Positions 9,935 through 17,970 of a stretch of DNA of 48,157 bases are shown here, one piece after another. The notes under the pieces were generated by a model, which saw only the letters and a program-made list of their open reading frames with translations, did not search any database and was not told the origin of the DNA. Both the position numbers and the translations under genes were made by a program. The DNA is from Candidatus Nanohalobium sp. (lineage in GTDB: Archaea > Nanohalarchaeota > Nanosalinia > Nanosalinales > Nanosalinaceae): assembly GCA_042217555.1 (NCBI GenBank), contig JBDGSL010000054.1, positions 1 to 48,157 of the forward strand, given 5' to 3'. Position 1 is the stretch's first letter, and each line of letters opens with the position of its first letter.

Positions 9935-10624
9935 ATGTCGGAAGATAAGGACTTAAGCTGGTTGAAGAAGCATGTTATGCCGTGGCTACATACGCCAAAC
10001 AACTACAGTAATGACTATGAGAGAGAGCATTTTGAGGAAGGTGATGACATCTGGAGTGACTTCCATCTCTTCCATGAGGACTGGATAGAAGTGGTGAACA
10101 AGAAGGAGTGGTATGAGGCACCGCATGTTCCACAGATATACACGGATCACAAGAAGATAGTGAAGCAGAACATGGGTTTGAACCGGCCGTTTGAGGAGTT
10201 CTACTTCGAGAACCTTGGCAGCGGATCTTTTGCATCCAACATGTACGTGGACGGTGACGGCCTTCCCAGTGGCAATGGAGACTTCAGGATAGATATAGAG
10301 ATAGAGACACAGAGCCCTCCTTCAGGAGAGAACGACGCTGCACTGGTAGAGTACTTTGTAAGAGGGAAACTGTCCTATGACGTGCCTCAGGGCGTAACTT
10401 TTCTTCCACGTTTCCTGGCCTACCCTTTAAACAGGTTCTTCAAATGGGCATTCCTCGAGTTCCTGGCAGAGGAACAGATTGAATACGACGGTGAATACGT
10501 TAGGGAACGTGTAAACGAGTACTTCCAGTACATCAGAAAATACCACGGGGAGGAACCTTTACAGGCTAAGTCAAGACAGGCAGCGTTCAAACCATCGGTC
10601 GAAGACGGAGTCTTCTTCCAGTGA
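9935..10624 (+). CDS. Hypothetical protein, paralog 3
   Basis: Operonic acidic ORF with similar C-terminal helix. Confidence 0.75.
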   Translation: MSEDKDLSWLKKHVMPWLHTPNNYSNDYEREHFEEGDDIWSDFHLFHEDWIEVVNKKEWYEAPHVPQIYTDHKKIVKQNMGLNRPFEEFYFENLGSGSFASNMYVDGDGLPSGNGDFRIDIEIETQSPPSGENDAALVEYFVRGKLSYDVPQGVTFLPRFLAYPLNRFFKWAFLEFLAEEQIEYDGEYVRERVNEYFQYIRKYHGEEPLQAKSRQAAFKPSVEDGVFFQ

Positions 10625-10649
10625 TTATTTCCTGACTCCGGGAGGGTTT

Positions 10650-10947
10650 TCAGACATAGACTTCGCCCGTTTCTTCAACTTTCCGGATGAACATGCTGTC
10701 CTGCTTCTCCCTGAACTCTCCCTCGGTCTTGATCAGCGGGCCATGAAGACCTCATGCTTGACGCTGACGTCAAAGGCTAAATCCTCGACTTTTTCCCGTT
10801 GCTCTTTGTCCTCCACGACGACCAGGACGTCGACGTCGCTTTCGTCATCTTCCTCGCCGCGGGGCCACGCTACCATACAGAACCAGCTTCTCCAGAGAGT
10901 TATCCATCAGTTCCTGGACGTCTATCTCTGTGTTTCGACTCTGTCAT
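10650..10947 (-). pseudogene. Minimal nucleotidyltransferase (MNT) pseudogene
   Basis: Reassembled across frameshifts: MTESKHR...LEKLVLYGSVA(R)GEEDDESDVDVLVVVED...ETGEVYV*, i.e. the GS-x-D-x-D motif. Two frameshifts and a foreign patch; no HEPN partner seen. Confidence 0.8.
10897..10936 (-). repeat. 40-nt exact inverted copy of DP2 positions 4814-4853
   Basis: GAAACACAGAGATAGACGTCCAGGAACTGATGGATAACTC on + at 4814-4853 and on - at 10936-10897. Confidence 0.9.
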
Positions 10948-11021
10948 AGAAGGAACTGGCCGTTAAGAAAATACCGGGATTCCCTCGCCACTTATTACAT
11001 TTCAGGTAACTAACACCTGTA

Positions 11022-11096
11022 TTGGCTGCCCACTGGTCAGCAGGCAGGACCGGAAAAGGGACCCGGGATGATAGCTCTGTGTTACCGGGCAGCCAA
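11022..11096. ncRNA. Candidate structured small RNA / long hairpin
   Basis: 10-bp perfect stem TTGGCTGCCC/GGGCAGCCAA closing further pairable segments; T7 run 3' on +, ACA just 3' of the stem on -. Confidence 0.35.
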
Positions 11097-11155
11097 ATCC
11101 TTTTTTTGGTAAAAAGCAACCGGTTTTTTAAACAACCAGGGTTTTTGTGTACTAT

Positions 11156-11422
11156 ATGAAACGGTTTTACACGCTGCTGGTAGTTTTATCACTGGTTCCT
11201 CAGGTAGCGGGTTTCGGCTTCGGTTTCACAGGGGATTTCGCCAGTGACTCACCTGAAGATGACTACCTGCAGCAGGTATCCGGGCAGGATCCTGTTGACA
11301 GGAAGGATATAGAGAGACGTATAGAGGAAGAAGTTGAGAACAGGACGGAGAGGATGAAGAAGAAAGAAGATAAAGTTAGTTCCGGGTTCCTGTCTGATAT
11401 AGTAGGGAGTATATTTGGATGA
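11156..11422 (+). CDS. Hypothetical secreted/membrane-anchored protein
   Basis: MKRFYTLLVVLSLVPQVAG signal-like N-terminus. Confidence 0.65.
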   Translation: MKRFYTLLVVLSLVPQVAGFGFGFTGDFASDSPEDDYLQQVSGQDPVDRKDIERRIEEEVENRTERMKKKEDKVSSGFLSDIVGSIFG

Positions 11423-11667
11423 CAGACTTCTATGTCAAGGTAAAACCCGGTCAGAGCCATAGAGACCTCGAGATGAAAACCTTTCCTACCTTCCTACTTG
11501 AAGAACCTGCCGAGAACGGTAGGGCTAACGCAGAGCTTCTATCAAGACTTGAAGAGATACTGGGTCAGAGACCTGCAATAGTATCAGGCCATAACTCCAG
11601 GAGGAAGAAGCTGAGGGTCGACATGGCCGAGGAAAAAGTCCAAGACAGGATTGAACAGGCAGTTTGA
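11419..11667 (+). CDS. DUF167/YggU (UPF0235) family protein
   Basis: YVKVKPG...PAENGRANAELL...IVSGHNSRRK. Confidence 0.88.
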   Translation: MTDFYVKVKPGQSHRDLEMKTFPTFLLEEPAENGRANAELLSRLEEILGQRPAIVSGHNSRRKKLRVDMAEEKVQDRIEQAV

Positions 11668-11739
11668 ACGTCCACCTTTCCGTGTTTATCAAGTAGAAAA
11701 AAAGAGAGAGGGGAAGGAGGGAGTGATGGAGAGAGGTTT

Positions 11740-12474
11740 TTAGATCATTGCTTTGATGTAGGGTACGAGGTACATGATGGTTACTCCTGTGGAGAAGATG
11801 ACTAGGTGTTTGTAGACTCCGTCTTCTTCTTTGAATCTTGGTAGGAGGTCGCTTCCTGCGATGTAGACGAAGTTTCCGATGACCAGTGGTAGGAGTACTG
11901 TATTGATGTTTGATGCGGCTGTGGAGAGGAGGAAGACTGTTCCTGCGCCGATGAACATGAAGATGCTTATGGCTATGTTGAACAGCAGTGCTTTCTGCCT
12001 GGTGAATCCGCTGTGGACAAGCACCCCGAAGTCTCCTGCTTCTTTCGGTATCTTGTGTGCGATAACTGCTACGGTCGCTGCGATACCTGCCGGCACACCT
12101 GCAAGGAAGCTTGAAGCTATCAGAACTCCATCCAGCACGTTGTGGACTGCGTCCCCCGCTACCAGTACATAGGAGAATGCTTCGATATGGTGTTCCTGTT
12201 CGTGGCAGTGCCAGTGGATCATCCTCTCCATGAGAAGCGAAAAAATCATTCCAACTATGATGGTCAGGCCCGTAACCCTTCCATAGTTGAACTTGTTCGC
12301 CAACCTGAACACGAGGTGTATAAACACTCCTCCAAATATCGATCCTGCGGAAAGAGAGATCAGGTAAGGTGTCAGTTTTTTCATCCTCTCCTCACTCAAC
12401 GCCAGGAAAAGAGCGCCAAGCCCGGAGAAAACAGACGTTACAACAAGACTTGCCAGTGCCAAGTTGAATACCAT
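11740..12474 (-). CDS. ZIP family zinc/metal transporter
   Basis: Multi-TM, His-rich loop HWHCHEQEHH, GDAVHNVLDG, AHKIPKEAGDF. Confidence 0.92.
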   Translation of the reverse strand: MVFNLALASLVVTSVFSGLGALFLALSEERMKKLTPYLISLSAGSIFGGVFIHLVFRLANKFNYGRVTGLTIIVGMIFSLLMERMIHWHCHEQEHHIEAFSYVLVAGDAVHNVLDGVLIASSFLAGVPAGIAATVAVIAHKIPKEAGDFGVLVHSGFTRQKALLFNIAISIFMFIGAGTVFLLSTAASNINTVLLPLVIGNFVYIAGSDLLPRFKEEDGVYKHLVIFSTGVTIMYLVPYIKAMI

Positions 12475-12527
12475 GAAAACAAAACTGCCATTAATAAGTT
12501 TTTAAAACACGCTATTAATCCTGGTTT

Positions 12528-12914
12528 ATGGAGATAATAAGCCTGTCCATCGACGACGAGACACTGGACAAAATCGAAGAGATACAGGAAGAAGCCAGCT
12601 TCAACGGCCGCAGCGAACTAATCAGAAAAGCAGTAGAAAACCTGCATCAGGAAACCAGTAAAAGAGAAGAACTGGAAGGCCACCTGAACGCAGTGATAGT
12701 AGCCCGACACTCACATGACGAAGAGTACAAGATAGCAGAGATCTCACACCGGTTCGACAACGTCATAACCACACAGCTCCACAGCAAAGTAGACAGAGAG
12801 AAATGCCTCGAAGTATTCAACACAGACGGAAAAGCCTCAGAAGTAATAGAGTTCTACAACAAACTAGAAGGATCAAGACACACAGAATCAGTAAACATAT
12901 TGCCGCAAAACTAG
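12528..12914 (+). CDS. NikR-like CopG/RHH metal-responsive regulator
   Basis: IISLSID...GRSELIRKA RHH domain plus ACT-like domain with TQLHS..C LEV; divergent from the ZIP gene. Confidence 0.85.
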   Translation: MEIISLSIDDETLDKIEEIQEEASFNGRSELIRKAVENLHQETSKREELEGHLNAVIVARHSHDEEYKIAEISHRFDNVITTQLHSKVDREKCLEVFNTDGKASEVIEFYNKLEGSRHTESVNILPQN

Positions 12915-13020
12915 CTCTCACATCAACAACCTGTAAAACAAGCACCCGCCTCTCGACCGGTTGACCAGTCACTTCTACCACTGCTTCAACCCTCTCCAAC
13001 AGGCGAAACCCACCATCTAT

Positions 13021-13165
13021 CACTCACAAAAAACAGAGAGTGTTCTATATTAACGAACAAACTACTTGTTTGGTAAAATTGAACATTCGTACTTCTTTAA
13101 AATCTTTTGATGTTACTTCCGAGTTATTTTCTTCTAGATGAGTGTTTGCCTTGAACGAACACTCT
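13021..13165. repeat. Left arm of ~145-bp imperfect inverted repeat; contains palindromic sites 1-3
   Basis: Starts CACTCACAAAAA; sites at 13037-13063, 13063-13089, 13139-13165; aligns to the reverse complement of 15059-15204. Confidence 0.8.
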
Positions 13166-13373
13166 TGTGTTGAGACCTCTGATCGCCGCCAATAGGACCG
13201 TATGGTCTAGGCTTAACCTTTCAGGACCGTCAGGTATTTCCGTCATGGTCTGATCTTTCCGAATGACTGTGTGCTGAGCTAGGGAATCTTTTCAATGAGT
13301 TTCTCTCTTCATGCCTGGAGGATCTCGCGGTTTCCCTCTGAAGCCCTCGTTTTTTTGGACGCGCCAACCACGT

Positions 13374-13400
13374 TGAGTGTTCAAACTATGTGAACACTCA
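13374..13400. promoter_or_regulatory. Perfect palindromic site TGAGTGTTC-N9-GAACACTCA
   Basis: TGAGTGTTC aaactatgt GAACACTCA. Confidence 0.75.
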
Positions 13401-13642
13401 TTTTCTGGAGGAAAATGAAGGAAAAGGCCTATAATAAAGAAGGTATGTGAGGCATGCAGCAGATAGCACCAGGAAGTTCACACGTCGAAGTTATACTTCC
13501 TTTATGATATGGCTTAATTGGATCGCGACCCCTTGAACATTCCAATAGACAGGGTTGAAAACCACATACTCCCAGAACCGCGATATATCTTCTTTATTAT
13601 GGCATTTTCCAAGATTTTGAAAATGCACACTCCAAAATTCTC

Positions 13643-13669
13643 TGAGTGTTCAAACAACTTACACACTCA
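13643..13669. promoter_or_regulatory. Palindromic site copy
   Basis: TGAGTGTTC aaacaactt ACACACTCA. Confidence 0.7.
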
Positions 13670-13738
13670 TTAACTTCTAACAGTCAACGACCGAAATAGA
13701 GACAAAAAGTTAAAAGGAGACCTGAAAAACAATAAAAT

Positions 13739-14779
13739 ATGCAGAAAAAACTAAAACAAGTCGAAAACACTACTGAAGACAGCAGCAAAGTATTAACCTC
13801 AATCTTCGTATATAGGAAAGTATTAGAAGACGCAAACCGGGCTTATCCAAAAGATTTTTGGAATAGTAATATAGAACAAAAGGCTGAAAAGCTACTGAGA
13901 GATTATGCAAGCAGGAATAACATTAATCCTGGTCAGATAGCTTACAGAGATATACCAGATCTTGTAAAGAAGGCAAAACTCCAGAAACCGGTAAATAAAG
14001 CATACTTAGGAAACCCTTATCTACTGATCTTAGACTCCTTCGAACAAGTCACTCCAGAAGATCTACGATGGAACATACATCCCAACCCTGACCCAAACGA
14101 GATAGAAGCGCTAAGAAACCAATACTGCTGCATGTGGAAGGCAATATCTAACTATTACGACACTAAAAATAGGGAGCTAAAGAAGATAGCAGGCAAAGAA
14201 AACACGAAGATAGAAAAATCAGTTATAGACGCTCCCGTACTAGAAACACTTCTGTTCTGGCTTGAAATAAAGAGAATAAAGCAAGGGAAAAGCACCTACG
14301 AAAAACTAATAGACAAAATGGCAGACATAGGCTGGCAAAAGGAAAGAACAGACAAATACCTCAACAGATACGATATCAAAAGACAAATTGGAAGATTCAA
14401 AACAGCAAAGAAAACGCAACGACCGCTGAAACAACACAACGGCAAACTATATCCTACAGAACAACTAGTAGCAAACAAAATAAGAAAAGAAAAACTACAG
14501 AAGATCAAAGGATACGGTGCAGACTTCCTAAACCAAGAAACAAACACAATAATAGAAGTGAAAAAGAAACTATCCACAGTAAATATAACAAACGCAGCAA
14601 TACAACTAAACTACGCAGAAGATCATCTAGAAGGAAACTACAACAAGGCCATATACACGGAGACTCTCGACTTCCCAGGAAACCAATATAGCAGCTACAA
14701 AAAATACATCAAACACTATAATATCGAAATTTACGAGTATAACGACTCTAGAGAGGAGTTTGAGCTTGTTAAGTCTTAG
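13739..14779 (+). CDS. Basic protein with putative DUF4046-like N-terminus and C-terminal PD-(D/E)xK nuclease-like domain
   Basis: E..VA...GADF(x8)IIEVKK...AAIQLNY motif; YPKDFWN...GNPY N-terminal pattern; Lys/Asn-rich and AT-rich. Confidence 0.65.
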   Translation: MQKKLKQVENTTEDSSKVLTSIFVYRKVLEDANRAYPKDFWNSNIEQKAEKLLRDYASRNNINPGQIAYRDIPDLVKKAKLQKPVNKAYLGNPYLLILDSFEQVTPEDLRWNIHPNPDPNEIEALRNQYCCMWKAISNYYDTKNRELKKIAGKENTKIEKSVIDAPVLETLLFWLEIKRIKQGKSTYEKLIDKMADIGWQKERTDKYLNRYDIKRQIGRFKTAKKTQRPLKQHNGKLYPTEQLVANKIRKEKLQKIKGYGADFLNQETNTIIEVKKKLSTVNITNAAIQLNYAEDHLEGNYNKAIYTETLDFPGNQYSSYKKYIKHYNIEIYEYNDSREEFELVKS

Positions 14780-14803
14780 TTGTTCGTAGGTGTTGAACAC
14801 TCA
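14777..14803. promoter_or_regulatory. Palindromic site copy spanning two convergent stop codons
   Basis: TAGTTGTTC gtaggtgtt GAACACTCA; begins with the TAG of the + gene and ends with the TCA of the - gene. Confidence 0.65.
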
Positions 14804-15082
14804 TTCTTTATTCATCTTTCCGTCTGTTCTCTCATTTAGCACTCTGAGTATGATGTCTCGGTTGTTTTCGGTGTAGAGGATGTTGGCGATGCCTCTGTCG
14901 GATTCTGTGACTGAGATGCCCAGGCCCATCTGATCGAATGTTTCCTTTAACTTGGTGTAGAGGCAGCTGTCGCCGTGTATTATGAACCGCTCGCCGTCGT
15001 CCTCGATTTTCGTTATTCTCACATGGTTTTCTTGATGTCGGTAATTAATCAAACTTGCAGGTTGTTCGCTAAGTATGAACAC
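14801..15082 (-). CDS. Hypothetical protein (true start may be internal)
   Basis: 93-aa ORF with protein-like composition, inside the inverted-arm element. Confidence 0.5.
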   Translation of the reverse strand: MFILSEQPASLINYRHQENHVRITKIEDDGERFIIHGDSCLYTKLKETFDQMGLGISVTESDRGIANILYTENNRDIILRVLNERTDGKMNKE

Positions 15083-15204
15083 ACATTAAGCAGTGTTTTT
15101 TCTTTTAAGTAAAAACAAAAGGTTTGTAAAAGGTATGAGTGTTCGCTGTTTTTCAACACTCTGTTGTTTGTGTTTTTTGAACAGTCCTGGTGTTTTTGTG
15201 AGTG
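15059..15204. repeat. Right arm of imperfect inverted repeat; contains palindromic sites 7-9
   Basis: Sites at 15059-15085, 15136-15162, 15161-15187; ends TTTTTGTGAGTG (15193-15204). Confidence 0.8.
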
Positions 15205-15259
15205 TCAGGTTTCCTTTCTGTCTCTATATGGTTGTGGTAGCTGGTGAGGGGAAGGGTGT

Positions 15260-15535
15260 TCAGTCGAGTTGTCGGAGCTGGTGTATTAGGGTGCTCAGTG
15301 TTTCTGCTGTTTTCTTTCCCTGTTCTGTGAGTTCTACCTGTTTTCTACGTCCTTTTCTGTGTGATTGGGCCAGGTTGTGGTCCTCGAGTCTGTTGATTGT
15401 CCTGGCAGTGTGTGAGTACGTTGAGTCCACGTCCTGTGCTATCTGTGAGGGGTAGTTGTCCCTGGACGGGTTGTTGAGGTGTATAAGTATCTTGGCTGGT
15501 TTGGTGTGGAGAAAAAGTTCCTCTGTATCTGTCAA
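15260..15535 (-). CDS. MarR-like winged-helix DNA-binding protein
   Basis: LFLHTKPAKIL...YPSQIAQDVDSTYSHTARTINRLE...KGRRKQVELTEQG. Confidence 0.85.
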   Translation of the reverse strand: MTDTEELFLHTKPAKILIHLNNPSRDNYPSQIAQDVDSTYSHTARTINRLEDHNLAQSHRKGRRKQVELTEQGKKTAETLSTLIHQLRQLD

Positions 15536-15676
15536 GTATTGAAGCCCCTGATGTATGTTTGTGTCTGCTGCTTCTTATTTCTGACGGTGTTTTGAACTGG
15601 TTTTACGGTTGTTTTGATTCGGTGAATCCTTCGAGTTTAAAACCATTCTGGTGGAGTATTTTTGTGTGATCTAAGA

Positions 15677-15874
15677 ATGGAATTCTCTATCTCAAAGATG
15701 AAGGATTTGGTCAAGAGTCAAGGTGGTAAAAGGGTTTCAGAGAACAGTGCAGAGGAACTTGCTGATGTACTTGAGACGTTTGCTGGTGATGTCGCTGAAG
15801 AGGCTATCGCCGTTGCTGAGGAAGATGGCCGGAAGACTGTAAGGGCGGAAGATGTTCGGGAGGCCCTTCAGTAA
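15677..15874 (+). CDS. Archaeal histone (acidic variant)
   Basis: Histone fold with RVS...A.EL...GRKTVRAEDV. Confidence 0.88.
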   Translation: MEFSISKMKDLVKSQGGKRVSENSAEELADVLETFAGDVAEEAIAVAEEDGRKTVRAEDVREALQ

Positions 15875-15963
15875 AATTTTTTCTTTACAATTTCCCTTTC
15901 TGTATTTTTCTGTAGTGTGTTTTTTCCATCAGGGATTTAATGATTACATCCGGTTCGTTTTGT

Positions 15964-16959
15964 ATGGAAGTTGAGGATGTTATCGAGACGATTGTGGATG
16001 AGTCAGAGCTTGATGAGGATGAAGTAAAGGATGAAATTGATGAAAAAATGGAAGAGTTCTCCGGTCTTGTAAGTGAGGAGGGTGCGGCTCACCTGGTTGC
16101 CAAGGAGTACGGTGTTCAGGTGGCTGAAGAGGGAGCGGAGGATCTGAAGATAGATAATATTGTTCCTGATATGCGGAAGGTTCATCTTACGGCCCGTGTT
16201 GTGGGTGTCTCTGACCTGAACACGTTTGAGAGGGATGAGGATGAAGAGGATGGAAAGGTTCAGAACCTGGTGCTTGGTGATGATACCGGTACGATAAGAG
16301 TGACTCTGTGGGATGAGCAGACTGAGATAGCTGAAAAAATAGAAGAAGGTGACCCGATTGAAATAGCAGGCGCTTACAGCGTTGAGGACAACCAGGGAGA
16401 TGCAGAGCTTAGACTAGGTGACGAGGCCCAGGTTAAGATGGCGGAGGAAGATGACGTACCTGAGGTTGAAGCACAGACCGGTACGGAGGAAGTTCCTATC
16501 AGGGAGATAACGACTGAAGGCAACAGTTACAGGGTCAGGGGCATGCTGATGAAGGTGTATACTTCCAACCCGTTCTACCGTGTTCACCCTGAGACAGGAG
16601 ATACTGTAAGAGAAGACGAAGATGGCAACTATGTAACGGATGATGGGGAAGAAGTGGATGAGCCGGAAGGAAGACTTGCAGTCTCCGGGGTTATGGATGA
16701 CGGAACCGAGACGATGAGAGTTGTCTTCTTCGGCGACCAGGCCCGAGAAGTCCTGGAAGTAAGCGAGGAAACCGAGAAAGAGATGGATAACGAAAGAGTA
16801 GAGGAAGCCGCAGAAGAAGCTGCAGGAAAACAGCTTATACTGGAGGGCAGAACACGTTACAACGACTACTTCGACCGCATAGAACTTCTTGCCAACCAGG
16901 TCGAAGAAGTTGAGACAACGGAAGAAATCGAGAGAATGCTTGAAGTAATGGAAGCTTAA
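15964..16959 (+). CDS. rpa: Replication protein A (OB-fold ssDNA-binding)
   Basis: GLVSEEGAAHLVA N-terminal domain, GDDTGTIRVTLW and DDGTETMRVVFFG OB folds. Confidence 0.9.
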   Translation: MEVEDVIETIVDESELDEDEVKDEIDEKMEEFSGLVSEEGAAHLVAKEYGVQVAEEGAEDLKIDNIVPDMRKVHLTARVVGVSDLNTFERDEDEEDGKVQNLVLGDDTGTIRVTLWDEQTEIAEKIEEGDPIEIAGAYSVEDNQGDAELRLGDEAQVKMAEEDDVPEVEAQTGTEEVPIREITTEGNSYRVRGMLMKVYTSNPFYRVHPETGDTVREDEDGNYVTDDGEEVDEPEGRLAVSGVMDDGTETMRVVFFGDQAREVLEVSEETEKEMDNERVEEAAEEAAGKQLILEGRTRYNDYFDRIELLANQVEEVETTEEIERMLEVMEA

Positions 16960-16974
16960 AGGTGAATGCTAATT

Positions 16975-17925
16975 ATGTCAGAAGAACAAGACGTTGAACT
17001 GGAAGACATTAAAGGAGTAGGCGGTAAAACAGCGGAAAAGCTTAGAGATGCAGGTTACGAAGAGCTGATGTCTATAGCGACGATGAGTTCCGGTGAACTA
17101 GGCGAGGTAGCTGATCTCGGTGACAAGAAGGCTCAAAGCATTATCACGGAGGCAAGGAAGCATCTGGACCTCGGCTTCGAATCAGGTAGGGACAAGTATG
17201 AAAAGAGAGAGAAGATGCAGAGGATTACGACAAGCAGTGATAATGTTGACGATGTTCTTGGGGGCGGAGTGGAGACGCAGTGCATCACTGAGTTCTATGG
17301 AGAATATGGCTCCGCAAAGACACAGATGAGTCACCAGCTCTCATGCAACGTCCAGCTACCGGAAGAGGAAGGAGGCCTGGGAAGAGAGGCTGTCTACCTC
17401 GACACGGAAGACACCTTCACGCCTACAAGGATCGAACAGATGGCAGAAGCCAATGATCAGGATCCGGAAGAAGTACTTGAAGGAATCCATGTCGCCCGGG
17501 CTTTCAACTCAGACCACCAGATGCTGCTTGCAGACGAGGCACAGGAGATCTGTCAGAACAACGACGTAGGCCTTATCATCGTTGACTCACTGACGGCACA
17601 GTTCAGGTCAGACTACGTAGGACGTGGAGAACTGGCTAAGAGACAGCAGAAACTGAACAAGCACATGACAACACTGCTCAGACTTGCCAACAGTCACAAC
17701 GCTGCTGTAGTAGTTACGAACCAGGTCATGTCAAACCCTGACCAGATGTTCGGAGATCCGACAAAAGCCATCGGAGGCCACATAGTCGCACACAACTCCG
17801 CTGTCAGAGTCTACCTCAGAAAAAGCAAGAAGGACAAGAGGATTGCAAGGCTCGTCGACAGCCCTTACATGCCGGAAGGAGAAGCAGTATTCAAAGTCAA
17901 AGATGAAGGAATAATCGACGGCTAG
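16975..17925 (+). CDS. radA: DNA repair/recombination protein RadA
   Basis: N-terminal HhH, GEYGSAKT Walker A variant, IIVDSL, GRGELAKRQQ, RIARLVDSP. Confidence 0.97.
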   Translation: MSEEQDVELEDIKGVGGKTAEKLRDAGYEELMSIATMSSGELGEVADLGDKKAQSIITEARKHLDLGFESGRDKYEKREKMQRITTSSDNVDDVLGGGVETQCITEFYGEYGSAKTQMSHQLSCNVQLPEEEGGLGREAVYLDTEDTFTPTRIEQMAEANDQDPEEVLEGIHVARAFNSDHQMLLADEAQEICQNNDVGLIIVDSLTAQFRSDYVGRGELAKRQQKLNKHMTTLLRLANSHNAAVVVTNQVMSNPDQMFGDPTKAIGGHIVAHNSAVRVYLRKSKKDKRIARLVDSPYMPEGEAVFKVKDEGIIDG

Positions 17926-17970
17926 TTTTCCAGGTATGATTCAGGAGGGATTTGTTCCCTCAATTCATTT

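Noticed and set aside
11040..11070. SRP RNA helix-8 resemblance (CAGGACCGGAAAAGG)
   Set aside because: Lacks the matching 3' AGCA side and the rest of the SRP structure.
13037..15187. Palindrome series as a CRISPR array
   Set aside because: Spacing is irregular (25 bp to over 1 kb), centres are variable, genes lie between copies, and no cas genes are in the window.
13021..15204. Classical IS/transposon call
   Set aside because: No recognisable transposase and no target-site duplication at the CACTCACAAAAA ends.
15093..15455. 120-aa Cys/Val-rich ORF
   Set aside because: Product of G/T-rich composition, overlapping the repeat arm and antisense to the wHTH gene.
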